Positions 28,079-38,800 of a stretch of DNA of 64,000 nucleotides are shown piece by piece. This stretch comes from Chitinophagales bacterium. Its GTDB lineage: Bacteria; Bacteroidota; Bacteroidia; Chitinophagales; Chitinophagaceae. Under the pieces are notes generated by a model. The model worked only from the letters and a program-made list of their open reading frames with translations. It ran no database searches and was not told the origin of the DNA. Each line of letters opens with the position of its first letter. The first letter of the stretch is position 1. The stretch is from contig JAATFP010000109.1 of NCBI GenBank assembly GCA_015655125.1, positions 1,798-65,797 on the forward strand. The letters are read 5' to 3'. The translations under genes were made by a program, and so were the position numbers.

Positions 28079-29005
28079 TCACTTATCGCTTTTTTTACCG
28101 GTGATTTCCAGGAATTTCGTTTCCAGGGAAGTTCGTTTTATCAATAATTTTGTGAGTACAATTCCATGATCGAAACAGAATTTATTCAGCTCCGCTCCAT
28201 TGATATCTTTCGAACAGATTAACTGCACTTCTTCTCCATTTGGTTGAAGACTTTCCACTGCCGGATTCATTTTCAGTATTTCAATCAACTTTTGAAGGTC
28301 TGCGGCGGCCAGTTCTACCGTCACTTTCGCCACTTCCACACCGGCCGTTGAACTTTCAAGGATCTCATTAACTGAACCCACTTTTTTAAGTACCCCTTTT
28401 TGAATAATAGCAACATGCGTACAAACTTTCTCCACTTCATCCAGGATATGACTTGCCATGATGATCGTTTTGCCGCGCTTGTGAAGTTCTTTAATCAGCT
28501 CCCTTATTTCTGCTATTCCCGCAGGATCCAGGCCGTTGGTAGGCTCGTCAAATACCAATACATCCGGATCGCCCAGCAATGCGGACGCGATGGCCAATCG
28601 CTGTTTCATTCCCAAAGAAAATGTATTGAATTTGGATTGGCGACGTTCGTATAAATTTACGATACGCAAAACCCTTTCAATGTCGTCTTCGCTGCGGCCC
28701 TTTATCCTTGCCGATATCCGTAAATTATCTTCGGCGCTCAGGTAATGATAAAAATTGGGCGTTTCGAGCAATGTTCCCATTTGTTTGCGAACACTGTCCG
28801 GTGTTTCTACTTTAAGTCCCCACAAAAAAGTACAGCTGGTAGCATTGAGCACATTCATTACAATTCCCAGCAACGTGGTTTTGCCACTTCCATTAGGTCC
28901 CAATATTCCGAAAACGCTGCCGCCGGGAACGATAAAACTCACTTCGTTCAGTGCCTTTAAGTAGCCATAATTTTTTGAAAGCTTATCAACCGTTAATATG
29001 CTCAT
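28079..29005 (-). CDS. ABC transporter ATP-binding protein (BcrA-like)
   Basis: GPNGSGKTT, FSLGMKQR, VFDEPTNGLDP, ASH. Confidence 0.93.
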   Translation of the reverse strand: MSILTVDKLSKNYGYLKALNEVSFIVPGGSVFGILGPNGSGKTTLLGIVMNVLNATSCTFLWGLKVETPDSVRKQMGTLLETPNFYHYLSAEDNLRISARIKGRSEDDIERVLRIVNLYERRQSKFNTFSLGMKQRLAIASALLGDPDVLVFDEPTNGLDPAGIAEIRELIKELHKRGKTIIMASHILDEVEKVCTHVAIIQKGVLKKVGSVNEILESSTAGVEVAKVTVELAAADLQKLIEILKMNPAVESLQPNGEEVQLICSKDINGAELNKFCFDHGIVLTKLLIKRTSLETKFLEITGKKSDK

Positions 29006-29081
29006 TTTTGTACAAAATTAATATTGTCCAAGATAAATGTTTTTATGGTTGCCGTTTTGAAAATAAATTATAAAAGGCAAA

Positions 29082-29738
29082 TTAAGGTTGCCAGTGACGG
29101 TCGTGCCACACAGACGAAAAATCTCCCACCATGGCATAGCCGTGTTCGTTGAACCGCAGTTTGTGTAACCGCAGGCCATCTACATCATGTTGCGAAACTT
29201 TCCTGAAAAATGGGTTCATCGTTCCGCCAACCGCTCCGGGAGCCGCTGTCGGATCATATTGAAATTCAGGATCCGTGATGGTTCCGCGCGGATACATGAT
29301 GCCAGGTGCACCGGTACCGCGAATATCCAGCATTTCGGGGTGATCGAGTCCGAGGGAATGACCGAATTCATGCGCAGCCGTTGTGGAATTATTCAACAGG
29401 TTTTGTAATTTGAAATAACCGGTATTGCTGTTGATTCCGTCTACAAATGAAATATCGCCGTGTACATATTCTTCCACGCGATAAAAATTAAGGGAAGCAT
29501 TTTCGTTGCTATAAACATCTTCAGGAACCAGGTTCGGCGCATGTTCACCCACAATGTTGAATATAATCTCGTATGTTCGTCCTTGCCTTTGAACAACCGC
29601 ATGTGATTCGTTCCAATGCATGGCAATGTCATTTGCAATATTGGCCGCAAGTGCAGCCGTGGCTGCATCGCCATATAAAAATACGGAGGCATGCAAAATC
29701 AGCCGGCCGGCGGTTTCATCGAGTTCCATGATTCCCAT
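29082..29738 (-). CDS. Small zinc metallopeptidase (metzincin-type), no signal peptide
   Basis: HEFGHSLGLDH matches HExxHxxGxxH; downstream GIMYP Met-turn. Confidence 0.75.
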   Translation of the reverse strand: MGIMELDETAGRLILHASVFLYGDAATAALAANIANDIAMHWNESHAVVQRQGRTYEIIFNIVGEHAPNLVPEDVYSNENASLNFYRVEEYVHGDISFVDGINSNTGYFKLQNLLNNSTTAAHEFGHSLGLDHPEMLDIRGTGAPGIMYPRGTITDPEFQYDPTAAPGAVGGTMNPFFRKVSQHDVDGLRLHKLRFNEHGYAMVGDFSSVWHDRHWQP

Positions 29739-29744
29739 GACAAA

Positions 29745-31892
29745 TTATTTTAAATAAAGGTCAAAATAGTCGGTCACTTTTTGATAAAGATGTGCGCGAT
29801 CTTTTCCAAGCACATTGTGTTCATGTCCGGGATAGATCATATAATCTACCTGAACACCCGCATCCACGGCGGCTTTCACAAAGTTAACAGAATGTTGTTG
29901 TAACACCACCGGATCCTGCAAACCGTGAATGAGGAGCAACTTATCTTTCAACTTTACTGCTTGACTGGTAAGATCCGTTGCGGCATAACCTTCCGGATTT
30001 TCCTGCGGCATGTCCATATATCTTTCGCCATACATAATTTCATACATGCGCCAATTCATCACCGGACCGCCGGCTACGCCCGCTTTAAAGATGCCGGGAT
30101 GATGCAGTAAAAAATCGGTCGTCATAAATCCGCCATAACTCCAGCCAAACAGCCCCATACGCTTGGTGTCGATGAAAGACTTCGCGTTTAAAAAAACAAT
30201 GGCCGTCATCATATCTTCCATTTGCGGTTCGCCGGTATGACGATGAATAACCTGTTCGAAAACCTTACCCCTGCTGGCACTGCCGCGGGTGTAGATTGTA
30301 AAGATAACGTACCCTCTTTCGGCCATGTATTGGAACCAATAGTCGCTGGCACCTCCGTTCCAGCTATTGAGGATCAATTGCGCGTGCGGACCGCCGTACC
30401 AATACACAACTGCCGGGTATTTTTTCGTGCTGTCAAAATTCACCGGTGTATACATGCGGCAATAAAGGTCGGTACCTTCCTTATTTTTGATAGTGAAGAT
30501 ATTCATGTTCCCTCTTGCGTAAGATGCCAGAGGATCGGAAGATTGCACTAGCAATTTTGTTTTGCCGGTTTTAACATCGATAAGCTGAACGGTCCTGGGA
30601 TCTGTTGTGGTGCTGTAATTATCGATCACGTAATTTCCATCGCTGCTGATGCTGGTATTATGAACTCCGCTTTCAGCCGTTATCCGCGTGGTCTTCAGCG
30701 ATCTTATATTCACAGAATAAAGATTTTTTGTGATCGGCGATTCCTGTCTGGAAACGTAAAAAATATTTTCGCCTTTTGCATCAAGGCCCTTTACTTCCAG
30801 CACCTCCCATTGACCGGCGGTAAGTTGGCGGACAAGTTTGCCAGATACATCATACAAATACAATTGGTTCCACCCATCACGGCGACTTTGCCAGATGAAT
30901 TTCGTGGGATCATTTTTTAAGAACAACACCGGCACCAGCGGCTCGGTATATTTTGCATCTGTTTCTTCAAACAACGTTTTTACAAAATCACCAGAAGTTG
31001 CATCATATTGATTCAACCACATATGATTTTGCCGACGATTCAATACCGCAATAAAAATATATTTATCATCCGGGCTCCAGGCAATGTTGGTGAGAAACTG
31101 CTCTTTCGGTTCGCCTGTTTTCAGCCAGGTTGTTTGTTCGGTAGTTGTGTTATATACGCCCACCGTCACATGATGACTGCTGTCGCCGGCCATCGGATAT
31201 TTCACATTGATCACTTTTGCGGGAATCGTGGTCCAGTCGATGATCGGGTAATTTGGCACCATCGTCTGATCCATGCGATAAAAGGCTAGCGACTTCCCAT
31301 TGTTGCTCCAGAAAGTCCCTTTGGTAATTCCAAACTCGCTCTGGTGAACGCTTGAGGCGTATACGATGTTTTCAGAACCATCGTCCGTCAATTTTTTTGC
31401 TGAGTCGTTTCTGGCAACATATAAATTAAAATTGTCGAGATAAGCCGTATAGCCGTCGCTGCTCTGATCGGCATTTTCTTTTGCGCCCAGCCATTTTTGG
31501 ACCACCACTTTATATTCATCAGAAGTGTTGCTGAAAGAATATTTCGTTCCTTTCAGGCTCACCACCCAATTATCGTTGTTGAATTGGATCGGCGGAAAAG
31601 CAGCCACGGTGTCGAGTGTTCCGGCACGCAAACGCTGATTGAATTGCGACAGTGTAAGAAAGGGTGTTTCTTCTTTGCTTTTAAAATTCCCTCGAACAAA
31701 AATATCCTTTCCATCTATCTTTTTAAGATAGATATAATCATCCGTGCCTTTGATAAATTGCAGCTGGCGAAGGTTTTCGGGTGCCAGCGTTGTTCGTGCA
31801 TTCACCATTGCATCCTGCATGGTGAGCATTTTTTGCTGCGCAAAGACAGCCATACCAATAAAAAGTGCGGGAAGCAACAAGAGCTTTTTCAT
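29745..31892 (-). CDS. Dipeptidyl-peptidase IV family (S9B)
   Basis: Signal peptide, DPPIV_N-type propeller, GWSYGG nucleophile, HGLQDPVV, YPGHEH. Start moved to ATG 31892. Confidence 0.93.
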   Translation of the reverse strand: MKKLLLLPALFIGMAVFAQQKMLTMQDAMVNARTTLAPENLRQLQFIKGTDDYIYLKKIDGKDIFVRGNFKSKEETPFLTLSQFNQRLRAGTLDTVAAFPPIQFNNDNWVVSLKGTKYSFSNTSDEYKVVVQKWLGAKENADQSSDGYTAYLDNFNLYVARNDSAKKLTDDGSENIVYASSVHQSEFGITKGTFWSNNGKSLAFYRMDQTMVPNYPIIDWTTIPAKVINVKYPMAGDSSHHVTVGVYNTTTEQTTWLKTGEPKEQFLTNIAWSPDDKYIFIAVLNRRQNHMWLNQYDATSGDFVKTLFEETDAKYTEPLVPVLFLKNDPTKFIWQSRRDGWNQLYLYDVSGKLVRQLTAGQWEVLEVKGLDAKGENIFYVSRQESPITKNLYSVNIRSLKTTRITAESGVHNTSISSDGNYVIDNYSTTTDPRTVQLIDVKTGKTKLLVQSSDPLASYARGNMNIFTIKNKEGTDLYCRMYTPVNFDSTKKYPAVVYWYGGPHAQLILNSWNGGASDYWFQYMAERGYVIFTIYTRGSASRGKVFEQVIHRHTGEPQMEDMMTAIVFLNAKSFIDTKRMGLFGWSYGGFMTTDFLLHHPGIFKAGVAGGPVMNWRMYEIMYGERYMDMPQENPEGYAATDLTSQAVKLKDKLLLIHGLQDPVVLQQHSVNFVKAAVDAGVQVDYMIYPGHEHNVLGKDRAHLYQKVTDYFDLYLK

Positions 31893-31905
31893 CGACAAAT
31901 TTTAA

Positions 31906-32010
31906 AATTGAATATTCAAGGTTGATGGTTGAAAGTTAAGCCTTCAACTTTAAATAGCCAACTAACTTAACCATTGCTAATCCTGAACATTCAACCTTGA
32001 ACATTCAATT
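31906..32010. repeat. Heptamer arrays forming 20-bp inverted ends
   Basis: aattgaatattcaaggttga (31906-31925) vs tcaaccttgaacattcaatt (31991-32010), 19/20 complementary. Confidence 0.85.
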
Positions 32011-32018
32011 TTGTATTG

Positions 32019-34400
32019 TCAATTCCTGAGCGGCTTTCCGGTTTTAAGAATGCTCTGAATTCGTTCCAGCGTTTTCTTTTCGGCCGTCAGGCTAAGGAAC
32101 GCCTCTCTTTCGAGGTCGAGCAGGTATTGTTCGCTTACCAATGTTTGTTCGCTCAGATCGCCGCCACACATCACATACGCAAGTTTCTTTGCTACTGTTA
32201 CATCGTGATCGGTTGCATATTTTCCGCGGTGCATTCCATTGATCCCGGCATACATGGCGCCAAGCCCGGACCGGCCCAGCACCTTGATATCAGTACGTTG
32301 AACGGGCATCGTATACCCATCGTCGTACATATTGATCACTGCTTTTTTTGCTTCCGCAATGCGGCGGCCGATATTGATACTCACTTCGTCCAATCCTTTC
32401 CTATAGATACCCATATCGAAAGCTTCAAAAGCCGATGTCGCCACTTTTGCGGTAGCAATATTCAGGAAGCGGTTTTGTAATGTGATGGTTTCCGGTTCAC
32501 CGGGATGCATCTCATCTGCGGCGCGCAAAACAAATTCTTTTGTACCGCCGCCGCCGGGAATAACGCCGATGCCCACTTCCACCAGGCCCGTGTAAGTTTC
32601 GGCAGCAGCAATTACTTTATCCGCATGAAGACAGATTTCACAACCGCCACCCAGCGCCAGTCCGTGCGGTGCAAGCACCACCGGAATAGAAGAATAGCGA
32701 ACGCGCATCATCGTGTTTTGAAACATACGGATCGCCATGTCGATCTCATCATAATCCTGTTCGATCGCCAGCATGAAGATCATACCCACATTGGCACCCG
32801 CGCTGAAGTTGGCACCTTCATTGGCGATCACCAATCCTTTGTATTTATCTTCTGAAATCGAGATTGCTTTCTGTATTCCTTCCAACACTTCACCGCCAAT
32901 GCTGTTCATTTTAGTGTACCATTCTAATCCCACTACATCATCGCCCAGGTGATATGCGCGGCAGGCGCTGTTTTTCCAGATGGTTTCATTCGCAAAATTC
33001 TTCATCACCAGGAAGGCCTCACCACCCGGCAACGGCTTGTATTGACCGGAACTGACATCATAGGCCAAGCGCTTTCCATTCTCCACTTTATAAAAAGTCT
33101 TGTTTCCTTTTGCAAGCATTTCTTCCACCCATGCCGCCACGGCGAAACCTGCTCCCTTCATGGCTTCTACGGTTTTGGCAACGCCCAAAACGTCCCAACT
33201 TTCAAATGCCCCGATCTCCCAGCCGAAGCCGGCCATCATACCATCGTCTACGCGATACAATTCATTGCTGATCTCCGGAATGCGGTGACTGATATAAGAA
33301 AATAACGCATAATGAAACTGCCGGTAAAATTCACCTGCCTTGTCGGTACCGGCCACCAGCGCTTTCAGCCTGCTATTGAGGTCCTCTATTGGCTTCGCAG
33401 TTTCAAGCGTCGCAAACTTTGGTTTTGACCTCGGTTCGTATTCCAATGTCTGCAGATTCAGCACCTGGATATCTTTTTCGCCATCGGCGCTTTTTACTTT
33501 TTTAAAGAAACCCTGGCCGGTCTTGTCGCCGAGCCAGTTATTTTCGATCATCTTACTGAGCCAGGAAGGAATATTGAAAATGTCCTTTGCTTCATCATCC
33601 GGACAATTTTCATATACACCTTTCGCCACTTTCACCAGTGTATCGATGCCTACAACATCTGCCGTTCGAAAGGTGGCAGATTTTGGACGTCCAATAACAG
33701 GACCGGTTAATGCATCGATCTCATCGATACCCAATTGTAGTTTTTCCATTGCGTTCATAATGGCCATCATGCCAAAAACGCCCACACGATTTGCTATAAA
33801 TGCCGGCGTATCTTTCGCAAGAACAGTTGTTTTGCCAAGATACAGATCGCCATAATTCATCAGGAAATCCACTACTTCCGGATCGGTAAACGGCGTGGGG
33901 ATAATTTCCAGTAAACGCAGATACCTAGGCGGATTAAAAAAATGCGTTCCGCAAAAATGTTTCTTAAAATCTTCGCTTCTTCCTTCGGCCATCATGTGTA
34001 TCGGAATGCCCGAAGTATTGGAAGTGATAAGCGTACCGGGTTTGCGGAATTTTTCCACTTCTGTAAATACGGATTGTTTTATATCCAGCCTTTCCACCAC
34101 TACTTCAATGATCCAGTCTGCGCCGGCGACATCTTTCATATTGTCGGTAAAATTGCCGGTAGTGATGCGTTTCAACACATCTTTCGTGTAAAGTGGTGAA
34201 GGATTTGACTTCGCCGCAGCCGCAAGCGCATCGTTTACGATCTTATTACGCTCCGCAGGTTTTGCGTCGGCCGCAAGATCCTTGGGCGCGATATCCAGCA
34301 ACAATACCTGTAAACCAATGCCGGCAAAATGTGCGGCGATACGGCTCCCCATTACTCCACTTCCTAGAACGGCAACTTTTTTTATAGTTCTTTTTGACAT
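32019..34400 (-). CDS. fadN: 3-hydroxyacyl-CoA dehydrogenase / enoyl-CoA hydratase (FadN-type domain order)
   Basis: VLGSGVMG, SNTSGIP, HFFNPPRY, C-terminal crotonase domain (FSAGAN, ALGGGCE, GLVEVG). Confidence 0.9.
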   Translation of the reverse strand: MSKRTIKKVAVLGSGVMGSRIAAHFAGIGLQVLLLDIAPKDLAADAKPAERNKIVNDALAAAAKSNPSPLYTKDVLKRITTGNFTDNMKDVAGADWIIEVVVERLDIKQSVFTEVEKFRKPGTLITSNTSGIPIHMMAEGRSEDFKKHFCGTHFFNPPRYLRLLEIIPTPFTDPEVVDFLMNYGDLYLGKTTVLAKDTPAFIANRVGVFGMMAIMNAMEKLQLGIDEIDALTGPVIGRPKSATFRTADVVGIDTLVKVAKGVYENCPDDEAKDIFNIPSWLSKMIENNWLGDKTGQGFFKKVKSADGEKDIQVLNLQTLEYEPRSKPKFATLETAKPIEDLNSRLKALVAGTDKAGEFYRQFHYALFSYISHRIPEISNELYRVDDGMMAGFGWEIGAFESWDVLGVAKTVEAMKGAGFAVAAWVEEMLAKGNKTFYKVENGKRLAYDVSSGQYKPLPGGEAFLVMKNFANETIWKNSACRAYHLGDDVVGLEWYTKMNSIGGEVLEGIQKAISISEDKYKGLVIANEGANFSAGANVGMIFMLAIEQDYDEIDMAIRMFQNTMMRVRYSSIPVVLAPHGLALGGGCEICLHADKVIAAAETYTGLVEVGIGVIPGGGGTKEFVLRAADEMHPGEPETITLQNRFLNIATAKVATSAFEAFDMGIYRKGLDEVSINIGRRIAEAKKAVINMYDDGYTMPVQRTDIKVLGRSGLGAMYAGINGMHRGKYATDHDVTVAKKLAYVMCGGDLSEQTLVSEQYLLDLEREAFLSLTAEKKTLERIQSILKTGKPLRN

Positions 34401-34440
34401 GATCGAAAATTAGTTAGTTAAACAACTATTTTTAAAAAAC

Positions 34441-34471
34441 CGAAGTTAGTCGTTTCGCACAAATACACAAA
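34441..34471 (-). promoter_or_regulatory. Promoter of fadN
   Basis: Minus strand TTTG, 19 nt, TAACTTCG. Confidence 0.6.
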
Positions 34472-34551
34472 ATTTACTGTTTACTATTGAATATTTCCCG
34501 TGCGTTCGCCGGCTTACTGTTTTTATTTTTGATCGTTCTATAAATAGGAAT

Positions 34552-34571
34552 GCCCCGCATCGCTGCGGGGC
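34552..34571 (-). terminator. GC-rich hairpin after the WG-repeat gene
   Basis: gccccgca-tcgc-tgcggggc; weak U tract. Confidence 0.5.
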
Positions 34572-34598
34572 TGTTCACTTGCTTGCCTCTGATTGCAA

Positions 34599-35645
34599 TC
34601 ATTCTACAAAATATTCATTTCCGGCAGGGTTAATATACCCTGTTTTTCCAGCAAAAGTACGCACCTGCAGATATTGACCACCGGGCATCATTTTTACTTC
34701 TGTATATTTTGGCTGTATATAAGTATTGTTGAGGAAATAGTACCCTTTCAGCGTATTGTCACCGGTTACCACAAAACCACCATCGTCGTAAATAATGTCT
34801 GCGTACCCTTTAGAAATAATGTCATTGTTTTTAGTGTCTTTCACATAAGTCTTTCCATCGTGCTGAACAATTACGTATTGCGTATTGTTATTGCCGTTCA
34901 CTACTGTCAGATTTGTATTTTCAGCAGGTACGATAGACTCGCCCTTCGTTGAAAAAAGACCGGTCATTCCATTTTTTGTGACGCTCAGATACTGATTGTT
35001 TCCGGAACGAAGCAATTTAATATTGCTGTATTCAAATGGAACGATCATTTCAAACTTGCTGTTGAACACACCATACAAACTGCCTTTTTGTGCAATGTAA
35101 TATGTTTCGTCGCTTCCCTCTACTTTATAATCATTTTCGATCTTGTCAAAAAGACCGTCATTGTTAGGTAATGAATACGTTTTTTTCGTGGTAATGCTTT
35201 CAATAGGAACACGGTTTTCTGCTACCGAATTATCAGGAATAGCCGGACACTTCGGCAACGTTATACCTTTTGAGTTGATACATATTTCATAACCGCTGGC
35301 CTGAACAGATGCACCGGCGAACAGAACTGAATCACCCCCATCGTTTTTTGCATTGGGCAAATAGCCTTTACGGAATGACTTGGCAACCGTATATTTCGCG
35401 GGAATGACGAGCTGTCCCGCTTTGTTGATATAGCCCCATTTACTGCCAGCTTTTACAGCCGCCAACCCTTCCGAGAACCAACCCACTTCGTCGTATTTAG
35501 GCGCTATCACTACATTTTTATCGGGAGAAGCATATCCCCATTTATCACCGCTCCGATATGGAACGAGTGTATAATCGATTTGTTGCGCAGAGAGATTAGC
35601 CACAAAAGCAAATATGATTGCGAGTGACATTATTATCTTTTTCAT
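34599..35645 (-). CDS. Secreted WG-repeat protein
   Basis: Signal peptide ending LSA-Q; KWGYASPD, FSEGLAAVK, KWGYINKAG, KTGYINPAG repeats. Confidence 0.85.
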   Translation of the reverse strand: MKKIIMSLAIIFAFVANLSAQQIDYTLVPYRSGDKWGYASPDKNVVIAPKYDEVGWFSEGLAAVKAGSKWGYINKAGQLVIPAKYTVAKSFRKGYLPNAKNDGGDSVLFAGASVQASGYEICINSKGITLPKCPAIPDNSVAENRVPIESITTKKTYSLPNNDGLFDKIENDYKVEGSDETYYIAQKGSLYGVFNSKFEMIVPFEYSNIKLLRSGNNQYLSVTKNGMTGLFSTKGESIVPAENTNLTVVNGNNNTQYVIVQHDGKTYVKDTKNNDIISKGYADIIYDDGGFVVTGDNTLKGYYFLNNTYIQPKYTEVKMMPGGQYLQVRTFAGKTGYINPAGNEYFVE

Positions 35646-35863
35646 ATTTATATTTTCCCTGATTAAGGCAAATAGCCGACCAAACTCGGTTAAAGGAAAA
35701 ATCAGCTTCGGTTAATACGCAAGCTATCCGTTTACAAATGAATATATTCATATAACAACCGTTTGCAAATGGATAAAAATAGCTGTGGAAATATTTCTGC
35801 AATACGGGGTAGCTGTTAAATGACATCCATTTACCATATATTTATAGCCGAGCCACTTCAACT

Positions 35864-38800
35864 ATGCTTAAACAAATTTTCTATACTATTCTTATCACCT
35901 CGTTTTATGCTACGGCAGCCGGTCAGCCCCCGGCCAATATTTTTTTCCGGAAACTTACCCAGCAACAGGGCCTTAGCAAGAACAGCATCTGGAGTACCTA
36001 CCGCGATAAGCAGGGATTTCTTTGGATCGCCACTTCAAACGGGTTGAATTGCTATGATGGCTCAAATGTGACTTTATACGATTACAATAAAAATCAAAGT
36101 AATACCACCCCTGTAAATTCTGTCCGCTATATCACTGAAGATGACCAAAATCGTTTGTGGATGAGCAGCGAAACCAAGATATTTTTCTTCAATAAAAAAA
36201 CAGCACACTTCACCAATATAGACCTTACTGCATTCAAGAATAAAGTGGACCGGATTTCACACCTGTATTATGCCTCAGACGGCAACATTTATTCAGGGCA
36301 GGGAAATTATCTTTTGTGCGTCAGCAGCAAAACCCTAAAGGCAACACTTATAGAAACAGAAAAAGATAGCTCGCTTGCAAAAAAATACGGCATCTATCAT
36401 TTTGCTGAAGACAAGGAAGGCTGGCTATGGTTTTCAAATTACCCATCACTGTACGCCTACAATTTGCGAAGCGGCATTGTAAAAAAATATCCCGTATTGC
36501 CCGGAAGATTAAATAACGTAGAACCGGTAGAAGCTGGATCCATTGTTGATGACAGAAATTTTCTCTGGCTCGGAATGTACAGCAGTGGAGGCCTTGCGCG
36601 GTTCAATAAAGATGACGGTACTATTCAATATTATTCTGCAGAAAACTACCGGCAGTCGTACGCCGTAACTGCGGTTGCGCAGGATGTTAAGGACGATTAT
36701 TTCCTTTGGGTAGGAACAAAAACGCTTGGTCTTGGATTATTTGATAAACGAACATTCTCTTTTGTAAGATTTTACACAAGAAACGACGCGCGTGCCGGAA
36801 GTATCATCTCCAATAACATTTCCGCTTCAATTAATTTTGATGCCGACCAAACATGTTGGGTAAGCACTACTGATGGATTGAGTTATTTCAATCTCCGCAA
36901 CCAACGGCTGGAAACATTTTATGTTGAACCTTATGATGGAAAAAATTTCAACAGATATCAATATGAATATATTTTAAAAGACAAAAAAAATCCCGGGCAG
37001 ATCTTACTAAGTACTAAAGACAATGGGATCATTAAATACGATTATATCAATTCGCGGCAAATCTTTTCTCTGAAAAATTTATCTGCCGATCCTGAAAAAA
37101 GGTACAAGCAGAAATTTATAGACTGGTTGTACGCTGGTCGAGATGGAACCATTTGGTACAGCAGCCTTGAAGGAATTTCTATTTTAAATGAAGATGGTTC
37201 TTCCAAAAAAATACTCGACATTCAGCAGTTCAAAAGCCGCAGCGCAGAAAAACTTCAGATTTATGAAGGAACGGAGGACAACAACGAAATGCTTTGGTTC
37301 GCCACAAGTACAGGCCTATGGAAATACAATAAAAAAACCAGCTATTTTTCTTTTGCAGACACTTCTCAGCCACTATTGAAAGAAGACATGTTTTATATAA
37401 AAGCAGCTGAGAAAGGTGTTCTTTGGATCATTCTCAACAATCATTCAATTGTAAAATATAATCCGGCAAATCGTCAATTGAAAGAATGGAAAGTATATCT
37501 CGACAGCAGCACAAAAACCAGCCTCGTTCCCTTGCGTTTGATCGTTGATAAATATAACAATGTGTGGGCCACATCTGTTGAAGGCCTTATACATCTTGAT
37601 GCTACAAAAAATTCGATTAGGATTTACAAAGAAAAAGATGGTTTGTGTAGCAGTAGCTTGCTACAGATAGCATATGATGGCGACAGCATGGTATATGCGG
37701 GAAGCGAAGGTTGCGTTGCGGAGATTAATATCAACAACAAATCAATCAAAACCTACAGCGGAAACGATGGACTTGTAGACAATATTGTTCGCGGTGGCAT
37801 CATTATTAGTGGAGAGAACTTGTATATTGGCGGCCGCAATTATATCCAGGTAATGAACACCAACGGTACTATTTTCAAACACACGGCACCGTTGCTCATC
37901 ACACAGTTGCTGGCAAACGACCAGAAAATAAATTTTGACAGCAGTAACAGGGTCTCCCTGCGATTTAGTCAAAATTCGATCCAGATCGATTACCGGTTAC
38001 TGGATCTTCTCGATGAAGCTGGATTTTCGTACGAATACAGATTGTTGAATTTTAAAAATGAATGGGTAAAGGCCGGTGCGATCAATAAAGCATTGTTCTT
38101 TAATTTACCGGCCGGAAAATATGATTTTGAGGTACGGGCCGTTAACCGGAAAACCGGTATGATAGCGGCTTTTAATCGCCTTGAAGTAAAAATACAGACT
38201 CCCTGGTGGCAAAGCTGGTGGTTCAGAATAAGTGGGCTATTGGCTGTGGTGGTACTATTGTACTATTTATACAATATCAGAATTTCGAAACTACTTGCTA
38301 TCGAACGCACACGACAAAGGATCGGGAAAGATTTGCATGATGATATCGGAACCGCGTTAAGCAGCATCACTTTGATGAATACCGTTCTGAAGAAAAAAAT
38401 TATTTCAAATCCGGAAGATGCTGCAAAATTAGCCGACAAAGTTGAAGACACTTCCAGGCAAATGATACAGAATATGAGCGATATCGTTTGGAGCATCAAC
38501 CCCGGGAATGACACATTGGAAAAACTTGCCAACAGACTTCAACAGTTTATGAACGATGCTTTCGACGAAAATGAAACGGATTATACGCTTACGGTTGCGC
38601 CCACTTTGTTTACAAAAAAAATAGACATGGAAACACGAAAAGATGCATATCTTATCTGTAAAGAGATCATCAGCAATGCAGCAAAATACAGTATGGCAAA
38701 GACTTTCAGGCTGGCTCTTTCCTCTGCAGATAACATGCTGATGATTGTTGCAGAAGATGACGGACAAAGTTTTGATATAAAAAATGAACGGACAGGAAAC

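Noticed and set aside
38750-38775. Kinase G1 box reads DDGQSF rather than DxGxG
   Set aside because: H, N and G2 boxes are intact; one substitution is not enough to call a pseudokinase.
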